DNA of 27,366 bases from Macrostomum lignano (lineage: Eukaryota). Location: positions 1-27,366 of the forward strand of contig NIVC01000316.1 of the NCBI GenBank assembly GCA_002269645.1, written 5' to 3'. This document shows positions 1 to 9,264 of this stretch, piece after piece. How positions within the stretch are numbered: position 1 is the stretch's first letter; every line of letters starts with the position of its first letter. The notes beneath the pieces are model-generated. The model ran no database searches and was not told the DNA's origin. It was given only the letters and a program-made list of their open reading frames with translations. A program made the position numbers and the translations under genes.

Positions 1-47
1 TATTGTACGATGCCAAAAAATGCCCGCCTAGCAACAAGGCGACTTAC

Positions 48-155
48 GGACGATCCTTTTTTGCCCGACTCGCCCCGATCGCCTTTGTCGCCTCGCTCGC
101 CGCGTTCGCCTTTGCTGCCCCCTGTGCCGTTCGAGCCGGCTTCGCCTTGCAGACC
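48..155 (-). CDS. Collagen exon 9 (last in window; gene continues past left edge), 12 Gly-X-Y triplets
   Basis: TAAAG|GGT acceptor and TCC|GTAAGT donor. 108 bp (2x54, typical fibrillar collagen exon size). Reads GLQGEAGSNGTGGSKGERGERGDKGDRGESGKKGSS. Confidence 0.9.
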
Positions 156-169
156 CTTTAGGAGGTTTC

Positions 170-905
170 GTTGGTTGATTGATTTGATTGATCAAGTTGA
201 TTAATTTTTTTATCGTTGATTGATCGATTGATAAATTTGATTGATCGATTGATAACGTTCATTGATGGATTGATAACGTTGATTGATCGATTGATAAAGT
301 TAATTGATCGATTGATAAAGTTGATTGATCCATTGATAAATTTGATTGAATGATTGATCAATTGATAAATTTGATTGAATGATTGATCAATTGATAAATT
401 TGATTGAATGATTGATCAATTGATAAATTTGATTGAATGATTGATTGATCAATTGATAAATTTGATTGAATGATTGATTGATCAATTGATAAATTTGATT
501 GAATGATTGATCAATTGATAAATTTGATTGAATGATTGATTGATCAATTGATAAATTTGATTGAATGATTGATCAATTGATAAATTTGATTGAATGATTG
601 ATTGATCAATTGATAAATTTGATTGAATGATTGATTGATCAATTGATAAATTTGATTGAATGATTGATTGATCAATTGATAAATTTGATTGAATGATTGA
701 TTGATCAATTGATAAATTTGATTGAATGATTGATCAATTGATAAATTTGATTGAATGATTGATCAATTGATAAATTTGATTGAATGATTGATCAATTGAT
801 AAATTTGATTGAATGATTGATTGATCAATTGATAAATTTGATTGAATGATTGATCAATTGATAAATTTGATTGAATGATTGCTTGATAAATGGATTTGAT
901 TGATC
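170..905. repeat. AT-rich tandem array, 29/33-bp unit TTGATTGAATGA(TTGA)TTGATCAATTGATAAAT, collagen intron 8
   Basis: Directly visible. About 19 near-perfect units from about 330 to 885 with degenerate flanks. Confidence 0.95.
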
Positions 906-1076
906 AATTTAAAACCTGACTGACCTATTGACACATTAGATAGATAAATTTCATTGATGATCTTGCAGATTCAAATGATACTTAAACAGATCTGTCTACA
1001 TAAATACAAAAGGGGATAAAAATATTTGGCGTCCATATATACAATTTGTTACCACCCAGTTGCTATCGAGACTCAC

Positions 1077-1488
1077 CTGGCTTCCCAATGGCCCCTGGCA
1101 GCGGGCGGCCCCGTGAGTCCCTGGCCACCGCGCTTCCATTTTCGCCCTTCTGTCCGGGGCCGCCCGCGTCGCCACCACTCCGGGATCGCCGATGTCGCCA
1201 CGCGGCCCGTCGGGTCCTGGGCTAACCGTTGGCGCCCTGGCCGCCTTTCGGCCCCAGCGCGCCGGCCGGCCCCGGCGCCCCAGGCGGTCCAGCGGCGCCG
1301 CGCGCTCCTGGAGCGCCGACGCCGCCTTTCGGACCGGCCGGACCGGCTGGGCCGCGCGAACCGTCGGCGCCGTCGATTCCGGCGGTCCCGTTGAGGCCCG
1401 GCACGCCGGGCGGTCCGACGGCTCCGGTGGCGCCTTTGGCGCCGGCGTCTCCCGGGGCGCCGGTTGGCCCCATGGCGCCCATTTGGCC
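1077..1488 (-). CDS. Collagen exon 8 (Gly-X-Y), with several single-base frameshifts in its 3' third
   Basis: CTCCAG|GGC acceptor and CAG|GTGAGT donor. Clean Gly-X-Y to about 1225, then Gly-X-Y switches frames. Length 412 vs 414 expected for 46 triplets. Confidence 0.85.
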
Positions 1489-1534
1489 CTGGAGAGCAGA
1501 TTGAGGTCTTTGAGCGTGGGTTGGGATACGAATG

Positions 1535-1925
1535 AGATTTGAGTGGGATTCGAGTGGGATTCGAATGGGACTCGAATGGGATTCGAACGGGATTTAAGTG
1601 GGATTTGAGTGGGATTCGAACGGGATTAAAGTGGGATTCGAGTGGGATTCGAATGGGATTTGAGTGGGATTCGAGTGGGATTCGAATGGGACTCGAGTGG
1701 GATTCGAGTGGGACTCGATGGGATTCGAGTGGGATTTGAGTAGGATTTAAGTGGTATTTGAGTAGGATTCGAGAGGGATTTTAAGTGGGATTTGAGTGGG
1801 ATTTGAGTGGGATTTGAGTGGGATTAGAGTGGGATTAGAGTGGGATTTAAATGGGATTTAAGTGGGATTTTAGTACGATTCGATTGGAATTCGAGTGGGA
1901 TTTGGGCGGGACTAGAATGGGATTT
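1535..1925. repeat. 11-bp tandem array GAGTGGGATT(C/T), collagen intron 7
   Basis: About 35 diverged copies visible. Confidence 0.92.
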
Positions 1926-1983
1926 AATAAAGCCCAAATTAAAAAACGATAAGCATAGATTTTCCTCAGCACAGGCGCCTCAC

Positions 1984-2136
1984 CTTAAATCCGACAAATC
2001 CGGTCACTCCAATGATCCCCCGCATGCCGGGGCTCCCGGGCGCTCCGGCCAAGCCTTTGGCGCCGTTCTGTCCGGGTGGTCCGGGCAGGCCGCGCTCGCC
2101 CTTCTGTCCGACTTGCCCCCCTTTGCCGGTCTCGCC
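1984..2136 (-). CDS. Collagen exon 7, 17 Gly-X-Y triplets
   Basis: TTCCAG|GGC acceptor and AAG|GTGAGG donor. 153 bp = 17x9. GETGKG...GFVGFK. Confidence 0.93.
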
Positions 2137-2167
2137 CTGGAATTGTGGAGGAAGCCGGACTAATAAT

Positions 2168-2560
2168 GTCTGACCAATAACACCTGACATGTCTGACTAA
2201 TAACACCTGACATGTCTGACCAATAACACCTGACATGTCTGACTAATAACACCTGACATGTCTGACTAATAACACCTGACATGTCTGACCAATAACACCT
2301 GACATGTCTGACCAATAACACCTGAAATGTCTGACTTATAACACATGACATGTCTGACTAATAACACCTGACATGTCTGACCAATAACACCTGACATGTC
2401 TGACTAATAACACCTGACATGTCTGACTAATAACACCTGACATGTCTGACTAATAACACCTGACATATCTGAATAATAACACCTGACATATCTGACTAAT
2501 AACACCTGACATATCTGACTAATAACACCTGACATGTCTGACTAATAACACATGACATGT
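2168..2560. repeat. 23-bp tandem array CTGAC(T/C)AATAACACCTGACATGT, collagen intron 6
   Basis: Period 23 (2170, 2193...), about 17 copies. Confidence 0.95.
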
Positions 2561-2598
2561 CCACCTGACAGCTCCTCAACACACGAGTTCGGGCGCAC

Positions 2599-2921
2599 CT
2601 TCAGCCCGGCCTGTCCGGCGGCTCCCATCAGTCCGGGATCTCCGTCCGAACCATCGAGTCCCGCCTCGCCTCGTTCGCCCTTCTGCCCCGGCTTTCCCTG
2701 TTCGCCTTTTGTTCCCCTGCTTCCGCTGTCCCCGTCCAGTCCGGTCGGGCCTTCGGGTCCGGGCGCGCCTCGGGCGCCGGTCAGGCCTGGCTTGCCCGGC
2801 CGGCCGGACTCGCCGGGGTCGCCGGGGTCGCCGTTTTCGCCCGCGCCTCCGGCGGCGCCGTCCAGGCCAGGAGCGCCGGGCTGAGCGGCCAGGCCGGGCT
2901 TGCCCAGCTGCCCTGCCGTGC
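2599..2921 (-). CDS. Collagen exon 6, 36 triplets
   Basis: CCTCAG|GC acceptor (phase 1, matching the upstream donor) and AAG|GTGCGC donor. 323 bp = 36x9-1. Confidence 0.93.
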
Positions 2922-3013
2922 CTGAGGTGGGGGGGATGGAACAGTTATTGAATACAGATAAAATGAGGATTTCTAAATCAGAATGAGGATAGATTGAAGA
3001 TAGATTCAAACTA

Positions 3014-4505
3014 CATTCTATCCCCATTCTATCCCCATTCTATCCCCATTCTATCTTATTCTATCTTATTCTATCCCCATTCTATCCCCATTCTATCCCC
3101 ATTCTATCCCCATTCTATCCCCATTCTATCCCCATTCTATCCCCATTCTATCCCCATTCTATCCCCATTCTATCTTATTCTATCTTATTCTATCCCCATT
3201 CTATCCCCATTCTATCCCAATTCTATCCCCATTCTATCCCCATTCTATCCCCATTCTATCCCCATTCTATCCCCATTCTATCCCCATTCTATCCCCATTC
3301 TATCCCCATTCTATCCCCATTCTATCCCCATTCTATCCCCATTCTATCCCATTCTATCCCCATTCTATTCCCATTCTATCCCCATTCTATCCCCATTCTA
3401 TCCCCATTCTATCCCCATTCTATCCCCATTCTATCCCCATTCTATCCCCATTCTATCCCATTCTATCCCCATTCTATCCCCATTCTATTCCCATTCTATC
3501 CCCATTCTATCCCCATTCTATCCCCATTCTATCCCCATTATCTCCCTATTTTATCCCCATTCTATCCCCATAGTATCCCATTCTATCTCATTCTATCCCA
3601 TTCTATCCCTATTCTATCCCCATTTTCTCCCCCTTCTCTCCCTATTCTCCACCCATTCTATTTCCATTCTCCCCCCATTATCTTCCCCATTCTATTCCCA
3701 TTCCATCCCATTCTATCCCCATTCTATCCCCATTCTATCCCCATTCTATCCCCCATTCTATCCCCATTCTATCCCATTCTATCCCCATTCTATCCCCAAT
3801 TCTATCCCCATTCTATCCCCATTCTATCCCCATTCTATCATTCTATCCCCATTCTATCCCCATTCTATCCCCATTCTATCCCCATTCTATCCCCATTCTA
3901 TCCCCATTCTATCCCCATTCTATCCCCATTCTATCCCCATTCTATCCCCATTCTATCCCCATTCTATCCCCATTCTATCCCCATTCTATCTTATTCTATC
4001 CCCATTCTATCCCCATTCTATCCCCATTCTATCCCCATTCTATCTTATTCTATCCCCATTCTATCTTATTCTATCCCCATTCTATCCCCATTCTATCCCA
4101 TTCTATCCCATTCTATCCCCATTCTATCTTATTCTATCCCATTCTCCCCATTCTCCCCATTCTATCCCATTCTATCTTATCTTCCCCATTCTATTCCCAT
4201 TCCATCCCATTCTATCCCCATTCTATCCCAATTCTATCCCCATTCTATCCCCATTCTATCCCCATTGCATCCCATTCTATCCCCAATCTATCCCACATTC
4301 TATCCCCATTCCATCCCATTCTATCCCCATTCTATCCCCATTCTATCCCCATTCAATCCCCCATTTTCTCCCCCCTTCTCTCCCTATTCTCCACCCATTC
4401 TATTTCCATTCTCCTCCCATTATCTTCCCCATTCTATCCCCATTCCATCCCATTCTATCCCCAATCTATCCCCATTCTATCCCATTCTATACCCGTTTCA
4501 TTCCC
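3014..4505. repeat. 11-bp tandem array ATTCTATCCCC, collagen intron 5
   Basis: About 135 copies with degenerate blocks at about 3530-3700 and 4140-4505. Confidence 0.97.
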
Positions 4506-4664
4506 TATTCTATCATGAAGTAGGATAGAAGACAATAGATTCATGATAGAAGATGAAGCGGGGAGAAAAGCAACAGGAAAGAAAAAGAAGACAGCGGCCA
4601 AGCGAGGCAACCTTCGGGAGTCGAGCACTGAGGAACCGGCGAATTCCGAATCAGAAATCTCTAC

Positions 4665-5465
4665 CTGGCGCGCCGCGCTCTCCAGGCGAACCCTTCGATC
4701 CCTTGGCGCCGGCGCCGCCCTGCTGCCCGGTGGCGCCGGCCGCGCCGACGTCGCCCGCCTCTCCTTTGTCGCCGGGGGCGCCGGGGAGCCCGTCGATACC
4801 GGCTGGTCCGGCGTCGCCCTTCTTCCCGGCCTTGCCAACTGGGCCCTTCGGCCCGGGGCCGCCTTTGACGCCGGGCCCGCCGCGCTGTCCTTTGGCGCCG
4901 TTGGCACCCTTCATTCCCAAGCCACCCGCCTGGCCGACAGGGCCTGGCGGTCCCGCCGGTCCAGGGGCGCCGGCGGCGCCAGGCGGGCCCTGCGATCCGC
5001 GCCGTCCATCATCGCCGGGCGGTCCGGTCACTCCGTCCGGTCCCTGGTCGCCGGGCTGTCCGGACGATCCCGGCCGGCCGTTCGTGCCCGGCGTGCCCGG
5101 GTCGCCTTTGTCACCATCGGCCCCCGCGCCGCCCTGTGTCCCGTTGGCGCCTTTGTCACCGGCGCCACCAGGCAAGCCGTTGGCGCCGACGATGCCCGGC
5201 TGGCCCGGGTAGCCGACTGGTCCTGGCGACCCGGCCGGTCCCCGGTCCCCGGGGGGCCTCGCGGTCCCCGGTCGCCCTGCGGCCCGATCACCCCGTCGAT
5301 GCCGTGCAGGCCGGGGTAGCCGGGGATGCCCGGCTCGCCGGCGACTCCAGCCGGGCCTTCCGGTCCGGTCGCGCCCTTGGGTCCGGCCTGGCCGGGCGGG
5401 GCGCTCAGGGCCCGCAAGGAGGCCATAGAGCGGGACCGCATTAGGGGGCCTTTGGCTCCGCTGGG
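4665..5465 (-). CDS. Collagen exon 5: short non-helical linker then about 81 Gly-X-Y triplets; one frameshift near 5244
   Basis: TTTCGCAG|CCC acceptor. [24 protein letters not shown] then GQAGPK... CCA G|GTAGAG donor (phase 1). 801 bp where 802 is needed. Confidence 0.88.
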
Positions 5466-5473
5466 CTGCGAAA

Positions 5474-5976
5474 TTGGTTGAGGGTGAATGTACATTGGTT
5501 GAGATGAATGTGCATTGGTTGAGGATGAATGTACATTGGTTGAGGATGAATGTACATTGGTGAGGTGAATGTACATTGGTTGAGGATGAATGTACATTGG
5601 TTGAGGATGAATGTACATTGGTTGAGCATGAATGTACATTGGTTGAGGATGAATGTACATTGGTTGAGGATGAATGTACATTGGTTGAGGATGAATGTAC
5701 ATTGGTTGAGGATGAATGTACATTGGTTGAGGATGAATGTACATTGGTTGAGGATAATTGTACATTGGTTGAGGATGAATGTACATTGGTTGAGGGTGAA
5801 TGTACATTTGTTGAGGGTGAATGTACATTGGTTGAGGATTATTGTACACTGGTTGAGGATTAATGTACATTGGTTGAGGATAATTGTATATTGGTTGAGG
5901 ATTAATGTACATTGGTTGAGCATGAATGTACAGTCGTTGAGGGTGAATGTACATTAGTTGACGATGAATGTACATT
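5474..5976. repeat. 21-bp tandem array GTTGAGGATGAATGTACATTG, collagen intron 4
   Basis: About 24 copies, ending about 10 bp from the exon 5 acceptor. Confidence 0.96.
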
Positions 5977-6067
5977 GGTAATTTATTAATATTGAGAATT
6001 TCAGAATAGTGATAATCAAGAACGTTGATTGGCTGAGAAAAAATTATCTGAAACGTCGGCACCCTAC

Positions 6068-6244
6068 CTGAGGAGCTCTTGTTGGCCTAGTTCTCGGAGT
6101 AGTTGTTGTTGTAGTCGTCGGTGTAGTAGTGGTTGTAGTAGGTGTGGTAGTCGTAGTAGTAGTTGTTGGTGTGGTGGTAGTCGTAGTAGTAGTAGTTGGT
6201 GTTGTGGTAGTCGTAGTAGTAGTAGTTGTCGTTGGTGTTGTAGT
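6068..6244 (-). CDS. Collagen exon 4, Thr-rich (mucin-like) stalk
   Basis: TTTTAG|ACT acceptor and CAG|GTAGGG donor. 177 bp, phase 0-0. Reads TTTPTTTT...[11 protein letters not shown]. Phases join exons 3 and 5. Confidence 0.8.
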
Positions 6245-6349
6245 CTAAAAGTGCAAAGGAATGCAAAGTAGGGATCAGAATTTGCATGCTAGGCATAAAA
6301 GAGAAAGTCTGTAAGTCGGACTGCAGCTCGTGCAACAGAAATTGCTCAC

Positions 6350-6393
6350 AATTCGCTTAGGTGTGGTGAACTCCACTGGTGGTGACGGTCGGT
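6350..6393 (-). CDS. Collagen exon 3, 44-bp linker (D)RPSPPVEFTTPKRI
   Basis: ATTTCAG|AC acceptor and ATT|GTGAGC donor. Converts phase 1 (VWC exon) to phase 0 (Thr exon) exactly as required. Confidence 0.7.
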
Positions 6394-6445
6394 CTGAAAT
6401 TTAGAGATTCACGTTTACGAATGTGGCGCACTAGCAATTGAGACT

Positions 6446-7336
6446 GAATCTCATCCATTGATTCTGAATCTCACCCATTGATTCTGAATCTCACCCATTG
6501 ATGCCGAATCTCACCCATTGATGCCAATCTCACCCATTGATGCTGAATCTCACCCATTGATGCAGAATCCCTCCCATTGATGCCGAATCTCACCCATTGA
6601 TGCCGAATCTCACCCATTGATGCCGAATCTCACCCATTGATGCAGAATCCCTCCTATTGATGCCGAATCTCACCCATTGATGCCGAATCTCACCCATTGA
6701 TGCAGAATCCCTCCCATTGATGCTGAATCTCACCCATTGATTCTGAATCTCACCCATTGATGCCGAATCTCACCCATTGATGCCGAATCTCACCCATTGA
6801 TGCAGAATCCCTCCCATTGATGCTGAATCTCACCCATTGATTCTGAATCTCACCCATTGATGCCGAATTTCACCCATTGATGCCGAATCTCACCCATTGA
6901 TGCCGAATCTTACCCGCAGATGTTGAATCTCCCCCATTGATGCTGAATCTCACCCATTGATGCAGAATCCCTCCCATTGATACTGAATCTCACCCATTGA
7001 TGCCGAATCTCACCCATTGATGCTGAATCTCACCATTGATGCCGAATCTCACCCGCAGATGCCGAATCTCACCCATTGATGCCGAATCTCACCCATTGAT
7101 GCCGAATCTTACCCGCAGATGTTGAATCTCCCCCATTGATGCTGAATCTCACCCATTGATGCAGAATCCCTCCCATTGATGCTGAATCTCACCCATTGAT
7201 GCCGAATCTCACCCATTGATGCTGAATCTCACCCATTGATGCCGAATCTCACCCGCAGATGCCGAATCTCACCCATTGATGCTGAATCTCACCCGCAGAT
7301 GTTGAATCTCACCCATTGATGCTGAATCTCACCCAA
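6446..7336. repeat. 20-bp tandem array TGATGCCGAATCTCACCCAT, collagen intron 2
   Basis: About 44 copies with recurring variants (GCAGAATCCCTCCC, ACCCGCAG). Confidence 0.96.
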
Positions 7337-7459
7337 TAAATGTATTGCACTGCATTAAATGAAGGAAGATAAAAGCAGAATCCCAGCTTGGGCTACTGAA
7401 ACTCTTTTTCTCTTCTACTCAGGAAATGTTTTCGTTGCAACAAAAGCAGCCGCACTCAC

Positions 7460-7645
7460 CCACGCAGACTGGGCAGCATTCGCCCGGCAGGGTCTCCAGT
7501 CTGTTGCAGTCTCTTACTGGGCTGCACCTGCGATTGCTGCAGGCTACCGCGCCTCCCCTGCAGAAGCAGTCCTGGCACGGTTTGCCCGTGTCAATGGCGT
7601 CGCCCTCATCGTACTGGATGCCGTTGTAGGAGCACTTGGCACTGG
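7460..7645 (-). CDS. Collagen exon 2, von Willebrand factor type C (VWC) N-propeptide domain
   Basis: Hand translation SAKCSYNGIQYDEGDAIDTGKPCQDCFCRGGAVACSNRRCSPVRDCNRLETLPGECCPVCV has the VWC Cys pattern (CxxCxC, CCPxC). CCGCAG|CC acceptor and G|GTGAGT donor. Not in the ORF track. Confidence 0.92.
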
Positions 7646-7752
7646 CTGCGGAAGTCGATATTGAAATCTTAGTTTCCCATAGATACCGTGCGCTTCGTAA
7701 TGAAGGTGGAGATAAATAATTATGGATAGATTGAGGACGAAGTGTGAATTGG

Positions 7753-8255
7753 GCTTCAGGCAGGGCTAGAGAAGATAAGGAATAGTGTAAGAGTGGGGTG
7801 GAGAGGCGAGGTGTAAAGTGAGGAGATGCTTCAGGCAGGGCTAGAGAAGATAAGGAATAGTGTAAGAGTGGGGTGGAGAGGCGAGGTGTGAAGTGAGGAG
7901 ATGCTTCAGGCAGGGCTAGAGAAGATAAGGAATAGTGTAAGAGTGGGTTGGAGAGGCGAGGTGTGAAGTAAGGAGAGGCTTCAGACAGGGCTAGAGAAGA
8001 TAAGGAATGGGGTAAGAGTGGGGTGGAGAGGCGAGGTGTGAAGTGAGGAGAGGCTTCAGGCAGGGCTAGAGAAGATAAGGAATAGTGTAAGAGTGGGTTG
8101 GAGAGGCGAGGTGTGAAGTAAGGAGAGGCTTCAGGCAGGGCTAGAGAAGATAAGGAATAGTGTAAGAGTGGGGTGGAGAGGCGAGGTGTGAAGTGAGGAG
8201 AGGCTTCAGACAGGGCTAGAGAAGATAAGGAATGGGGTAAGAGTGGGGTGGAGAG
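7753..8255. repeat. 75-bp purine-rich tandem array, collagen intron 1
   Basis: GCTTCAG(G/A)CAGGGCTAGA starts at 7753, 7828, 7903, 7978, 8053, 8128 and 8203 (6.7 copies). Confidence 0.96.
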
Positions 8256-8396
8256 TGTGGCATGACAATCCGGAGTAAGGCAGAGGTTTCTGGAGTTGGG
8301 TAAGGACTCGTAGTAAACTTCCTGATGAAAGTGAATGAGTTGCTGTGTATTGAGTGAAATTATGTAATGTCATGAAGTACTAGTGCAGCTTCTTAC

Positions 8397-8460
8397 CTGT
8401 ACCGCAGCAGCAGCCAACTACCACTAGCAGCAGCAGCAACAGCTGCCCGAATTGCTGCAT
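8397..8460 (-). CDS. Collagen exon 1, start codon and signal peptide
   Basis: ATG at 8460. MQQFGQLLLLLLVVVGCCCGT has a hydrophobic core. ACA G|GTAAGA donor is phase 1, matching the VWC exon. Confidence 0.85.
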
Positions 8461-9264
8461 GTTTCCTGGCAGATCAAGCAGTGCTCTGCTGCTGTCGTCG
8501 GGAAATCGGGAATCGAATTCCTCCTTAAGAGTATAAGAGAATTGCTTCACAAAGTCTATCGGCTACTTTGAACTACGAGGCCGGGGGCTGCTTGGTCGGA
8601 CCAAGGCAATATGGACCGAAGGGTTGGGGCGGTTGCTGGGGACACTGAAAACTTTCTCCTTCGTTTTGCAGCAAAGATCCACCGTGACACGAAGGCTGGG
8701 AGCCATGGGGCTGAGGGGATGGCTAGCGGTTCCCTAGCTCTCCCCTGCTATCCCCTGCCGGCCCTCCTTGCAGATCTGCATAGGCATCCAGCCCCAGGCA
8801 TTCCCGGTGTGCGCAACTGCAAAGCCGGTACAGTCTTGCGGCAACGGCAGCACCTCCTTTCCCCTCCCCCAGGCAGCCACAGCCAGTCCAGCTGGGGCTC
8901 GAACTGCAGTGCAATACACAGGCAAAGTGCAGAGTGCACCGTCGGCTTTCGCCTATCTAACCCAGCTGATTCTCCCAGCTAGACTACGGCATTCAAGCAC
9001 TGCAAACTCCCTGCCCCTGCATCCGAAATCCAGCTCTTTCACTCAATGCAAAGCAGAAAATGGACAACAGAGGGCGAATAGGGGATTAGAGTGGAAATGT
9101 TCTCTAAGGTTGCAAAGCCGCAGTGCTAATGGTTCTGCGATGCTGTCATGCTGAGCGCGTCTCCATCGCAATTTTTAGAGAACGCAGACTGCCAGGGAGA
9201 AGGGAGATGAAAAGCGAGAGTGGGGAGAAGGGAGATAAGAGAGGGAGCGTGGCGAAGGGCTGCT

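Noticed and set aside
2994-4523. 509-aa ORF
   Set aside because: Translation of the 11-bp array, antisense within a collagen intron; no domain.
1026-5444. Plus-strand Pro/Arg-rich ORFs over the collagen exons
   Set aside because: Antisense and off-frame shadows of GC-rich Gly-X-Y codons.
6087-6335. Tyr/Asn/Asp-rich ORF
   Set aside because: Alternative frame of the Thr-rich exon. It stops at 6087 before the donor, whereas the Thr frame joins both neighbours.
8730-8860. Possible gag zinc-knuckle relic (PCY...RNCKAG) upstream of pol
   Set aside because: Needs several frame changes and lacks the His and Cys spacing; not supportable.
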